Origin: a virus | Reading direction: 5' to 3' (one strand) | Virus record (IMG/VR): IMGVR_UViG_2867339791_000001 | Span: 7,046 to 71,045 of that record | Length of the DNA stretch: 64,000 nt | Shown here: piece after piece, positions 25,108 through 34,793 of the stretch | Numbering within the stretch: position 1 is the first letter of the stretch | Layout: every line of letters starts with the position of its first letter | The notes under the pieces: generated by a model | Database searches by the model: none | Seen by the model: only the letters and a program-made list of their open reading frames with translations | Told to the model about the DNA's origin: nothing | Position numbers and translations under genes: made by a program

Positions 25108-27423
25108 ATGCCCTCCACAGCCCCGCTGGCCCGCCGCGACGGCGTCGAGCTGGTCCGCACCGGCCGCTGGGACATTTCCACCGGCCAGTGGACCGCCGCC
25201 CGGGAAGACCTCGCCGCCGCCGTGGCCGCCCTGTCCTGCCCGGCCATCCAGAAGCCCATCATCAAGATCGGCCACACGGACACCCGGTTCACCCCCGGCG
25301 ACGGGGAACCCGCGATCGGCTGGTACGAGAACCTGCGCACCACCGACGGTGGACACACCCTCGTCGCCGACCAGGTCGCCCCCGCCTGGCTCAGCGACGT
25401 GCAGGCCGCCGCCTGGCCGAACCGGTCCGTCGAGGGCTCCTACAACTACCGGTGCGGGCTCGGCCACACCCACCCGTTCGTGCTGACCGCCGTGGCGCTG
25501 CTCGGCGTGACCCCTCCCGGGGTGTCCACCCTCACCAGCCTGAACAGCCTCGACGACGTGCGCGCCCTGTACGGGCTGGCCGCATCATCCCGGCAGCCCG
25601 GCGTAGCCGAAGTGCGGATCGCCGCGTCGGTGGGCGGTGACCTGACGCTGCACGTCGCCGCCGCCGAGCAGACCGAGCACACGGGCGCGATGGTCGCCCT
25701 CATCCCCCGCGCCGCCGACGCCGCCCGCCTGGCCGTCGAGGGCGGCGAGCCGGTCGACGAGCTGCACCTGACCCTGCTCTACCTCGGCAAGGCCGTCGAC
25801 TTCTCCCCGAAGGCGCAGGCCGCGGTCGTGGACGCGGTACGCCGCGCCACCACCGACACCCCGCCCGTCGAAGCGCACGCGTTCGCGGTGTCCGTGTTCA
25901 ACCCGCCCGGCGTGACCAGCGCGGACGGCCGGGACCGGGACACCTGCCTCGTCCTCGGGATCGGCGGCGACGACCTCGAATACGTGCAGGCCGTGGCCGC
26001 ATCCGCCGCCCGGCACGCCGCCCTTCAATTCCAGGTCGACGTGAGCAAGCCGCACCGGCCGTGGGTGCCGCACGTGACGCTCACCTACACCGACGACCTG
26101 TCGCAGATCCCGGCGCTGGCCGCCCGCACCGGCCCGGTCGTCTTCGACCGAGTGCGGGTCGCGTTCGCCGGCCAGCACATCGACATCCCCCTCACCGCGG
26201 TCGACCTCGCCGACATCTACGGCCCGCAGGCGGTCGACCCGGTCGCCGCCGCCGCAGCCGACACCGACGGCAACCAGCTCAAGCGGTACTGGCTGCACGG
26301 CGAGGGCCTGAAGAAGTGGGCGAACAACCCCCACCCATGGACCGCCCTGTACCGGCACCTGAAGAAGCACGTCGACCCCGAGCGGGCCAAGCGCATCGCG
26401 AGCGAGTGGTTCCACGAGCACTTCGGCTACTGGCCGGGCTCGAAGGAGCACCGCAAGACCGCCGCCTCGACCGGCCTGCCAGGAGAGGACACCATGCCCA
26501 ACCCGACCCCCAGCCTGACCGAGCGGATCCACCAGGCGTGGAACGCCGCCGGCCAGCCCGAGCAGCAGTGGATCGTCGAGGCCGCCGAGGACGAGGTCAT
26601 CGTCATGGACAACACCGACCGCAGCTTGGTGCGGGTGCCGGTGACGGTCGACGGCGACAGCATCTCGTTCGGCGCCCCGCAGCGGGTCCGCACCGCGTAC
26701 GTGCCGGCCGACGAGCAGGTGGCCGCCTCCCGGATGGTGTTCGCCTCCGCCGAGGAGTCCCGGCCGGCCCAGCCGCCGGCCGCGCCGGCCCCGGAGCCGC
26801 CCGCCGACCCGGCCGGCGAACCCACCACCGACCCGGCCGAGGGCGAGCCCGCCCCGGTCGAGCCCGCCGAGCCCGCCACCGGCGAGCCGGCCCCCGTTCC
26901 CCCGGCCGCCGAGCCGGAGCCCAACACCGATCCGAAGGAGGACCCTGTGTCCACCCTGAGCACTGACGTGCGCTCGCGGCTCGGCCTGCCCGAGGACGCC
27001 GACGACAACGCGGTCATGGCCGCGCTCGCCGACCTGAAAGCGAAGGCCGACGCCGCCCCGAACCCCGAGCAGGTCGCCGCCTCGACGGCCGCGACCAACG
27101 AGATGAAGGCGGAGATCACCCGCCTGTCGACGGAACTGGCGAAGATCAACGCCAGCGCGGCGGCCGACGCGAAGAAGGCCCTCTTCGACGGCGCCGTCCA
27201 GACCGGCCGCATCAAGCCGGCCGACCGGGCGACGTGGGAGGAGCGGTACGACCGCGCCCCCGAGGTCACCGCCGACATCCTCGCCTCCCTGGCCCCGAAC
27301 ACCGCCGTCCCCGTGGCCGCGTCCGGGTTCACCGGCGACGTCGACATGGCCGGCGTCGACACCGAGTACGAGGCGCTGGTGGCCGGCATCGACGGCCCGT
27401 TCGCCGAGAAGGGAGCCAACTGA
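25108..27423 (+). CDS. Prohead protease (Mu I-like) - 2H phosphoesterase - scaffold fusion
   Basis: Protease-like N-terminus (IKIGH, PNRSVEG, VALLGVTPPG); two HxT motifs (25765, 26071); Pro/Glu linker; coiled-coil scaffold C-terminus; position between portal and capsid. Confidence 0.82.
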   Translation: MPSTAPLARRDGVELVRTGRWDISTGQWTAAREDLAAAVAALSCPAIQKPIIKIGHTDTRFTPGDGEPAIGWYENLRTTDGGHTLVADQVAPAWLSDVQAAAWPNRSVEGSYNYRCGLGHTHPFVLTAVALLGVTPPGVSTLTSLNSLDDVRALYGLAASSRQPGVAEVRIAASVGGDLTLHVAAAEQTEHTGAMVALIPRAADAARLAVEGGEPVDELHLTLLYLGKAVDFSPKAQAAVVDAVRRATTDTPPVEAHAFAVSVFNPPGVTSADGRDRDTCLVLGIGGDDLEYVQAVAASAARHAALQFQVDVSKPHRPWVPHVTLTYTDDLSQIPALAARTGPVVFDRVRVAFAGQHIDIPLTAVDLADIYGPQAVDPVAAAAADTDGNQLKRYWLHGEGLKKWANNPHPWTALYRHLKKHVDPERAKRIASEWFHEHFGYWPGSKEHRKTAASTGLPGEDTMPNPTPSLTERIHQAWNAAGQPEQQWIVEAAEDEVIVMDNTDRSLVRVPVTVDGDSISFGAPQRVRTAYVPADEQVAASRMVFASAEESRPAQPPAAPAPEPPADPAGEPTTDPAEGEPAPVEPAEPATGEPAPVPPAAEPEPNTDPKEDPVSTLSTDVRSRLGLPEDADDNAVMAALADLKAKADAAPNPEQVAASTAATNEMKAEITRLSTELAKINASAAADAKKALFDGAVQTGRIKPADRATWEERYDRAPEVTADILASLAPNTAVPVAASGFTGDVDMAGVDTEYEALVAGIDGPFAEKGAN

Positions 27424-27425
27424 CC

Positions 27426-27785
27426 ATGGGCGCCTACGAGCCGAAGTACCTGTACTCCGACCAGATCAACGCCACCTTCTCGGCGAACACCACCGGCGGC
27501 CAGTCGGTCATCGTGACCGGCAACGGCACCGTCGGCCCGGCCACCGCCGGCAGCCCCGCGTGCGTGGGTGTCGCCGCGAACGACGTGGCCGCGAACCAGC
27601 GCGGCGCCTACTTCCCGCGCGGCAAGGTCCACGTCTCGAAGGCGTCCGGCGCGATCACCGCCGGAGCCCGCGTCGACACCGGCGCCGCCGGCACCGTCGC
27701 CTCCGGCGCCGCCGGGGTCAACAACGTCGGCATCGCCCTCACCACGGCCGCCGACGGCGCGGACGTGGAGTGGATGGAGATCTGA
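27426..27785 (+). CDS. Head decoration/capsid cement protein (DUF2190-like)
   Basis: Gly/Ala/Thr-rich, GVAANDVAA..AITAGARV..GIALT.AADG; directly before MCP. Confidence 0.8.
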   Translation: MGAYEPKYLYSDQINATFSANTTGGQSVIVTGNGTVGPATAGSPACVGVAANDVAANQRGAYFPRGKVHVSKASGAITAGARVDTGAAGTVASGAAGVNNVGIALTTAADGADVEWMEI

Positions 27786-27952
27786 CCCACCCCGCTGTCG
27801 TGACGCCCGCCGGCCGCCACTCCTGACCGGCGGGCGCCCGCACACCCCGCACCACAACCCCAGACCCGCGCACCACCAAGGCCCCACGCATCCCCGCGTG
27901 CGGGCCTCTTCGTCGTGCCCGCCAGCCGGGCCACCTTGGAAGGACGACCCGA

Positions 27953-28888
27953 ATGCCGGGCGCTTACCCTCCGGCCGCACCCACGCTGGCCGGCGACCTG
28001 CTCACCATCCACCGCCTGCTCCAGAACCCGACGTACCTGCGTCGCAGGCTGCGCACGATCGCCGAGCTGCGGTTCGTCGCGGACCGCATCCTCACCGGCC
28101 GCTTCCGCACCAGCGGCGGCGCGATCGCGTTCGAGCAGTCCGAGCCGATCATGAACAGCCGTCCCGTCGAGGCCGTCGCTCCCGGCGGCGAGTACCCGCG
28201 GGACAGCACGCCCGAGGGCACCGCCGCGCTGGCGGCGGTCAGCAAGTGGGGCCAGGCGGTCCCGCTGACCGACGAGAAGCTGAAGCGGTCCGTCTACATG
28301 GGCCAGGAGCTGAACCGGGCCCTGATCAAGACCGCGAACACGGTCATCTCGAAGGTCGACCGGCTCGCCACCTCCGCCGTGGCGTCGGCCGTCACCAACT
28401 CGATCGCCGCGTCGGCCGCGTGGAACGCCGCCTCGCCGATGCTGTTCCGCGATGTCGAGCTGGCCGCGGCGAAGATCGTGGACCTCAACCAGGGCTACAA
28501 CCCGCGCGCCGTGCTCATGTCCACCACCAAGTACGCGCTGCTGATCACCGACCCGGCGATCGCCGCGCTGCGCCGCCGCGAAGCGTCGGACAACCCGATC
28601 TACGGCGGCGACATCGACCGGCTCGGCAAGTACGAGATCGTCACCACCGCCGTCGCGAACCTGCCGTCCGACGACGTGTGGGTGTACGACCCCGACCAGC
28701 TCGGCGGCATGGCCGACGAGACCGAGGTGGACCCGGGCTACGCCACCCTGCCGAACAACCTTCAGTACAAGACCAAGCGGATCGACGAGCGGGACTCGTG
28801 GGACATCTGGGCCCGCCGGATCACCGTCCCGGTCGTGCAGGAGCCGGGCGCGGCGATCCGCCTCACCGGCACCGGTTCGCTGGGCTGA
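27953..28888 (+). CDS. Major capsid protein
   Basis: 311 aa after protease and decoration genes; HK97-fold-like pattern (YNPRAVLMS, VPVVQEP). Confidence 0.85.
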   Translation: MPGAYPPAAPTLAGDLLTIHRLLQNPTYLRRRLRTIAELRFVADRILTGRFRTSGGAIAFEQSEPIMNSRPVEAVAPGGEYPRDSTPEGTAALAAVSKWGQAVPLTDEKLKRSVYMGQELNRALIKTANTVISKVDRLATSAVASAVTNSIAASAAWNAASPMLFRDVELAAAKIVDLNQGYNPRAVLMSTTKYALLITDPAIAALRRREASDNPIYGGDIDRLGKYEIVTTAVANLPSDDVWVYDPDQLGGMADETEVDPGYATLPNNLQYKTKRIDERDSWDIWARRITVPVVQEPGAAIRLTGTGSLG

Positions 28889-28902
28889 GAGGGGACCTGA
28901 TC

Positions 28903-29439
28903 GTGGCTACCTACCAGCTCGTGGGCGAGTGCGCCTACGTGTCCACCAACACGGCGCTCGGCCGGGCGAAGGTGCTCGTGCACAAGGGCGCGCTCATCCC
29001 CGCCGACGCGCCGGAGCTGAAGCACCTGCTCGACATCGGCATGGCCGCCCGCGTGGGCGGCGACGAGACGGGCGGGGTCAACGCGGCCGGTGAGCCGGCC
29101 GCGGTCGCCGACCGCACCGTGGTCCCCGCCTCGGACGGCTCCCGGGCGATGGAGCCCGTCGAGGAGCAGACCGCGACCGGCACGGCGCACGGCCAGTCCC
29201 TCAACGTCAGCAACGCCGACGCGGAGCCGACCGAGGAGGACAAGGCTGCCGCCGAGACGGCCGCCCGCCGCCAGGCCGCCCGGGAGAAGCTGGCCGCCCT
29301 CGGCGGCAAGGCGCCCGACGGCCGCGCGTCCACCGACGTGCTCGTGGAGTACCTGGTCGCCCAGGGCGGCAACTACGACGACCTCATCCGGTCCGAGCGC
29401 TCGGACCTGGTCGAGACGGTCAAGTCCCGGCAGGGCTGA
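28903..29439 (+). CDS. Head-associated hypothetical protein
   Basis: RBS GAGAGGGG; open frame after MCP. Confidence 0.7.
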   Translation: MATYQLVGECAYVSTNTALGRAKVLVHKGALIPADAPELKHLLDIGMAARVGGDETGGVNAAGEPAAVADRTVVPASDGSRAMEPVEEQTATGTAHGQSLNVSNADAEPTEEDKAAAETAARRQAAREKLAALGGKAPDGRASTDVLVEYLVAQGGNYDDLIRSERSDLVETVKSRQG

Positions 29440-29450
29440 CCCCCTGGTCC

Positions 29451-29491
29451 GGTCCGGCCGCCCGAACTCCCCAGCGCCGGGCGGCCGGACC
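29451..29491. terminator. Perfect 14-bp hairpin
   Basis: GGTCCGGCCGCCCG / CGGGCGGCCGGACC after a stop codon. Confidence 0.6.
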
Positions 29492-29522
29492 ACCCCTGCT
29501 CAACCCCTGAACGGAGGCCGCC

Positions 29523-29801
29523 GTGGCGGTGTCACCGCAGCACTTCACCCTCACCGCCAACGTCGAGAAGACGTTCACCTTCGATGTGAACGGGGCGACC
29601 GTCGAGGTCACCAACCTGGACGGGGCGGCCGAGGTCTACTTCACCGTCAACAACACCCCCGCCGTCGTCGGCCAAGACGGCTGCCACGTCCTGCCCGCGG
29701 CGATCTGCTCGATGGAGCTGCCCGACGAGACGAAGGGCGTCAACTCGGTCGTGCGGGTCCGCTCCGCCGGCACCCCGAAGGTGTCGGTGAGGGTGTGGTG
29801 A
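29523..29801 (+). CDS. Small beta-rich virion protein
   Basis: RBS GGAGG; beta-strand-rich sequence. Confidence 0.7.
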   Translation: MAVSPQHFTLTANVEKTFTFDVNGATVEVTNLDGAAEVYFTVNNTPAVVGQDGCHVLPAAICSMELPDETKGVNSVVRVRSAGTPKVSVRVW

Positions 29802-30367
29802 GCCGCGCGTTCTGGGGCCCCGGCAGTGGAGCCGGAAGCCTGCCCGCGGTGCAACCGATTCCGTCCGGGCAGTGGCGGGGCAGCCCCGGCGCCATCGCCA
29901 CCCTTTCCGCCGCCGTGGACATCGAACGGGCGCAGCTCGTGTGGCTGCCCCCCGGACAGGCGTTGCAGGCCCTCGGCGTATACGTCAACGTCGGCGTCGC
30001 CGACACCGACCTGCGGTTGGGGATCCGCGCCGACAGCACCGGCCTCCCCGGCGCGCTGCTCCTCGACGCCGGCATCATCGCCGCCACCCCCGCCGGTGTC
30101 CGCGCCCTCGCGATCACGTTCACCGTTCCGGCCGGACCCGCCACTGGCGTGCCGCTCTGGCTGACCGTCACACCGCAGGGCACCAACACGGTGAGCCTGG
30201 TCGGCACGGTCACCGGCCAGGAGACACGGGACCTACCGAACGCCAACTCGGCGTTGCTCTACCACGGCACCGTCACCCAGGGCGGTGTCACCGGCGCCTT
30301 GCCTGCCGGGTTCACCCCCAACGGGTACGCGTCGCCAGGCCCGGCGTTCGCCATTCAAGCCGCCTGA
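29798..30367 (+). CDS. Virion protein, stand-alone copy of the domain at the C-termini of the next two genes
   Basis: LRLGIRADSTGLPGALLLDAG..GVPLWL parallels VRHGVYANDPATGLPSG..GWHWY. Confidence 0.65.
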   Translation: MSRAFWGPGSGAGSLPAVQPIPSGQWRGSPGAIATLSAAVDIERAQLVWLPPGQALQALGVYVNVGVADTDLRLGIRADSTGLPGALLLDAGIIAATPAGVRALAITFTVPAGPATGVPLWLTVTPQGTNTVSLVGTVTGQETRDLPNANSALLYHGTVTQGGVTGALPAGFTPNGYASPGPAFAIQAA

Positions 30368-30432
30368 CCAGGCCAGTCCATACCGGCCGCGCGCCGGACC
30401 CCACCCCATGAACCCCTGAATGGAGGTGGCCC

Positions 30433-33027
30433 GTGGCCCGGCTGTACTCCGACCTCGGCCAGCGGACCGTCTACCTGCGTAACGGCCTCGCGCTGGCGCA
30501 GGGCCTTCCGTGCCTGATCTACAAGACCCCGCCCGGCCACCCGTCGCCACAGCCCGCCAACCTGGCTGCCTTCGACCCGGCCAACCGCGACGCTCCCGGC
30601 GCCCCGATCGTCGGTGGCGCTCTCGTCGTTGACCTCCACTCGAACAGGCCCGCGTTCTGGGACCTCGACGACATGCCCTGCCTGTGGATCACGGTCAGCG
30701 GCGGGCCGATGGAAGCGATCTACCCGGACTCGCAGCCGCAGCTCGACGCGCAGGCCGCGCGGATCACCGCCTTGGAGCCGGGCGGCGGAAACGAGGTCGC
30801 GACCGCCGCTGCCCTCGCTGCCGAAACGACCGCCCGCACTCAGGCGCTCACCGCCGAAGTGAACGCCCGAGTGGCCGGCGACTCGACCACCGCGGCCACC
30901 GCCGCCGCAGACGCCACAGCCAAGGCCAACGCGGCGCAGACCGCCGCGATCGCCGCCGTCACACCACGGTTCGCCGCCCTCGAACGGTTGTCCGGCCTGG
31001 CCGTGTTCCGTGACGCGGAGAACCTGCTGGTCCGCGCCCCCTTCGACGCGACCCGCGACATCCTCATGCCGTTCGACGCCAACGGCGGCGCCGAGAACAT
31101 GTTCATGCTCAGCAACCCCGTCGTGTCATCGGTGGCGCTGATCCCGTCGTCAGCCGCCGACTCGACGATCTGGCCGACTGTCACCGGCGCCACCAACATC
31201 CACGGCACCGGCGACGAGAACGCGCCGATCAACACCGGCTGGTCGTACGTCGGAGGGAACCACGGATACAGCGTCGGCTCCCAGGTGACGGCCACCGGTC
31301 ACGGGAAGACCACCGCTGACGTCGGCTCGCAATGGTCGGACGGCACCCGCACCTACACGCTGCTGCGGGTCGTGGACGTGAACACCCTGCTGTTCGCCAA
31401 CCCGTACACCGTCTCCAACGGCATCGCCACGGGCGGGGCCGTCGCGCCGGCTGCCACGCTCACGCACGTCTCCGGGGCCACGAACACCGGTTCGGTGCCG
31501 ATCACCGGCGGAGTGGCCGGGGCGGTGCAGATCCACCCGTCCACCTACGGCCGCACCTACACGATCGAGCTGGACGGCCGGCCGGTCGCCGACGGTAAGA
31601 CGTTCGGGCAGGTGCTCACCGTCACGGAGACGTACTACGTCGCCTCCTACAAGGGCCTGGTGGACACGGCGCAGGCCAACATCGGCACCCCCGTGCACAC
31701 GATCATGAGCCAGGTGCCGGCGCTCGCCCGGGTGTCGAACACCTACCGGGTCACCCCCGCCACGGTCGTTGTCGCCCAACGCCTCACCGCGCTGGAAAAG
31801 ACGAACGTGAACATGGGTGTCACCCAGGCGATCGGGTTGACCACGCCAGCGGGTGGGAAGCTGCGCCAGTTCATGGCCGGCATCGGCACCGTCGGCGGGT
31901 TCAACTTCTCGACCCTCGCCGACCTCTCTGCCATGACCACCACCCTCAACTTCGGGCCGGCCACCTACCTCAACCCGGTCCAGCCGGCGGTCAGCGTGCA
32001 GCAGTGGGCGTGCAACGCGGCCGGCGACCCGCAGTGGGGCCTGGCGCTGGGCGTCCTACCCATCGCCGACGGTCACCCGACGCAGCGGCTGAAGAACGCG
32101 CCCACGCAGACGTGGTTCATGCCGAACACGACGAAGAAGAACTACCCGCAGATCGCGTGGTCGAAGCCGATGAACCCTGGTGAGAGCCTGTCCGCGACCG
32201 CGTACCGGCGTTACCTCGCACCGCCGGCCGAGGTCACCGAGTTCACCGTTTCCGACGGCACGAACACGTGGGCGATCATCGAGCGGACCACCACCACCAG
32301 CGAAGGCCGGGCCGCCGCGCCGCAGCTCCTCGGCCGCCGGCTGGTGCCGGCAGGCGTGACGACCATCGCCGCGGCCGAACGAGTCACCGGTGAGGGCATC
32401 GCCTACTCGGCGCCGGCCCTGCCGGCGTACGGCATGTGGCAGGCCGTCCCGGACGCATCGCGGTTGGAGACGATCCCCGGCGCGACCGGACAGCCGGGTA
32501 GCTACTTCCTGGTGGCGCAGGGCAACGTCACCACCGCCGCGCTCACCGGCAGCTTCAACATCCTGTACCTGTTCCCGATGTACCTGCCCGAGGCTGTGCT
32601 GGTCGACCGGGCCTGCATCGAGGTGACGGCTGTCGGTACCGGCGTGGTCCGGCACGGGGTGTACGCCAACGACCCGGCGACTGGTCTGCCCTCCGGCGCC
32701 GGCCCGATCGCCGACTACGGGACGGTCGACGTCAGCGCCACGGGCATCAAGGAATCGACGCTGTCGACGCCTGTGCTCCTCCCTGCCGGCTGGCACTGGT
32801 ACGGCTGGGTGTGGCAGGAGACCAACACCACCCCGCCGACCATGCGCCTCCTCAACAGCGGAACCGGAATCGGTCCGTTCAACATCGGCGGCTCCCCATC
32901 GCTCATGAGTGGGGCGAGGCTGGGCTACTTCGTCAACGCGGTGGCCGGCCCGCTCGGCGCGGTGACGGTCAGCGCCGGCAACAGCCACCAGCTCAACTCC
33001 CCGCGCGTCGCTTACCGCCGCGCCTGA
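30433..33027 (+). CDS. Large fibre/spike-like virion protein
   Basis: 864 aa, Ala-rich coiled segment, Thr/Gly-rich beta region, C-terminal 184-aa domain duplicated in the next gene. Confidence 0.7.
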   Translation: MARLYSDLGQRTVYLRNGLALAQGLPCLIYKTPPGHPSPQPANLAAFDPANRDAPGAPIVGGALVVDLHSNRPAFWDLDDMPCLWITVSGGPMEAIYPDSQPQLDAQAARITALEPGGGNEVATAAALAAETTARTQALTAEVNARVAGDSTTAATAAADATAKANAAQTAAIAAVTPRFAALERLSGLAVFRDAENLLVRAPFDATRDILMPFDANGGAENMFMLSNPVVSSVALIPSSAADSTIWPTVTGATNIHGTGDENAPINTGWSYVGGNHGYSVGSQVTATGHGKTTADVGSQWSDGTRTYTLLRVVDVNTLLFANPYTVSNGIATGGAVAPAATLTHVSGATNTGSVPITGGVAGAVQIHPSTYGRTYTIELDGRPVADGKTFGQVLTVTETYYVASYKGLVDTAQANIGTPVHTIMSQVPALARVSNTYRVTPATVVVAQRLTALEKTNVNMGVTQAIGLTTPAGGKLRQFMAGIGTVGGFNFSTLADLSAMTTTLNFGPATYLNPVQPAVSVQQWACNAAGDPQWGLALGVLPIADGHPTQRLKNAPTQTWFMPNTTKKNYPQIAWSKPMNPGESLSATAYRRYLAPPAEVTEFTVSDGTNTWAIIERTTTTSEGRAAAPQLLGRRLVPAGVTTIAAAERVTGEGIAYSAPALPAYGMWQAVPDASRLETIPGATGQPGSYFLVAQGNVTTAALTGSFNILYLFPMYLPEAVLVDRACIEVTAVGTGVVRHGVYANDPATGLPSGAGPIADYGTVDVSATGIKESTLSTPVLLPAGWHWYGWVWQETNTTPPTMRLLNSGTGIGPFNIGGSPSLMSGARLGYFVNAVAGPLGAVTVSAGNSHQLNSPRVAYRRA

Positions 33028-33141
33028 TCCGCGCGTCCCCCGCTGGCTCCGGCCGCCCCCGTGTGGTGGACGGCCGGAGCGCATCCCCCATCGGCCGGTC
33101 CTGCCCGGCCGGACTCCGCCCGAGCAGACAAGGACACCACC

Positions 33142-34254
33142 ATGCCCGTCCCCGCCGGAGGCACCAACCCGCAGGAATCCGGACGCCTCATCGGCCCCGA
33201 CGAGGCGTACCGGGTCGTGTTCCTGCAAGACGGTCGGGCCCGCGCCCGCGGCTACCCGGTCCCACTGTTCGCCGACGAAGCCGGGTCGATCCCCGCCGAC
33301 GTCTTGACCGTCAACGGCGACGACGTCCCCGAGTCCACGCTGATCGTGGACGTGCACTCGCGCATCCCCCTGTTCCAGTACCCGCCCGGCAGCGACGTGG
33401 TCTACACGTCGATCAACGGTGGGCCGATCGTGCCGCTGTACGCCCGCGTGGACGACCGCATCGATAAGCTCGCCGACAGCGTTGCCGGGGTCGGCGACGA
33501 CATCGCGAACGCGGTCGCAGCAGAAGCCGCGAACCGGGCCGCCGCCATCACCGCAGCGATCGGCCCCGAACAGGCCGCCCGGGTGGCCGGTGACAACGCG
33601 CTCAGCGCCCGACTCAACACCGTCGAGTCCGCCACGGAAGGCATGGCCGACGACCTGGCCGACGTCATCGCCGCCGTCGCGCAGCCTCCCCGGATCGGTA
33701 TCCCCGGCGCGACCGGGCTGCCCGGCCAGTACTTCCTGGTGAGCCAGGGGTCGCTCGTCACCGTAGCCCTGACCGGCAGCTTCAACATCCTCTACATGTG
33801 GCCGATGTACCTGACGCAGGCCGTCTCGGTCGACCGGGCCTGCATCGAGGTGACGGCGGTCGGTACGGGTGTGATCCGGCACGGGGTGTACGCCAACAAC
33901 CCGGCCAACGGCTGCCCGGTTGCTACCGGCCCGATCGCCGACTTCGGCACGGTCGACGTCAGCGCCACCGGCGTCAAGGAGTCGGTTCTGTCCCCGGCGG
34001 TGCAGCTCCCTGCCGGCTGGCACTGGTACGGCCTCGTGTGGCAGGGCGTCAACACCACCGCTCCTGCCGTGCGGTCCATGAACGCCACCAGCGGTTTCGG
34101 TCCGCTCAACATCGGCGCCGCACCGTCGCTGATGAGCGGCAACCGGCTCGGCTACTTCGCGACTCCGGTCCCCGCAGCGTTGGGAACGATCGTGGCGGAG
34201 CCGTCCAACGCCCACCAGCTCACACCCCCGCGTGTCGCGTACCGGCGGGCCTGA
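33142..34254 (+). CDS. Fibre-like virion protein with duplicated C-terminal domain
   Basis: RBS AAGGA; coiled-coil middle; C-terminal domain highly similar to 32473-33027. Confidence 0.7.
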   Translation: MPVPAGGTNPQESGRLIGPDEAYRVVFLQDGRARARGYPVPLFADEAGSIPADVLTVNGDDVPESTLIVDVHSRIPLFQYPPGSDVVYTSINGGPIVPLYARVDDRIDKLADSVAGVGDDIANAVAAEAANRAAAITAAIGPEQAARVAGDNALSARLNTVESATEGMADDLADVIAAVAQPPRIGIPGATGLPGQYFLVSQGSLVTVALTGSFNILYMWPMYLTQAVSVDRACIEVTAVGTGVIRHGVYANNPANGCPVATGPIADFGTVDVSATGVKESVLSPAVQLPAGWHWYGLVWQGVNTTAPAVRSMNATSGFGPLNIGAAPSLMSGNRLGYFATPVPAALGTIVAEPSNAHQLTPPRVAYRRA

Positions 34255-34275
34255 CCACCGTTTGGAGGTGGCGGT

Positions 34276-34761
34276 ATGCCGGTCCCCGCGGGTGGCAACG
34301 ACCTGCCGATCATCGTCGAGGACCCGCCCGTCTGGGCGCCCACCATCGAGCAGGTCGCCGACCACGTCCCGTACATGACCGTCGACACCGTGACTCCCGG
34401 GTCGCAGGAGTACCTGGGCGTCTTCAACGTCCTCACCACTCCGACAGGGGAGCAGGCGCGGCGGCTCATCGACGCCACCTGGCCGTCGGTGCAGGCCGCC
34501 GTCGGCGAGATGGTCGAGCAGGTGTGGCCGCTCGCGCAGACGGTGGCCGCGCTACGCGCCGCCGCGGCGATCGTCCGCGCTTACCCCCGCGATGACGGGG
34601 ACCTCGCCAGGGCCGCCGCTCTGGACGCCCGCGCCGACGCCGACCTTGCCCGGCTGATCGCCGCGAACGACGCCGCCGGTGGCGGTGACGGCAACAGCCT
34701 CGACCTGCTGCCCGTCTACTCGTTCCCCCCGCCCGTCCCGTGGGGCGACTCCCTGCTGTAA
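34276..34761 (+). CDS. Head-tail adaptor-like protein
   Basis: WAPTIEQVA..P.; helical; RBS GGAGGTGG; position. Confidence 0.6.
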   Translation: MPVPAGGNDLPIIVEDPPVWAPTIEQVADHVPYMTVDTVTPGSQEYLGVFNVLTTPTGEQARRLIDATWPSVQAAVGEMVEQVWPLAQTVAALRAAAAIVRAYPRDDGDLARAAALDARADADLARLIAANDAAGGGDGNSLDLLPVYSFPPPVPWGDSLL

Positions 34762-34793
34762 CCCCCCGCCCTGCACCTCGAAAGCGAGCACCG

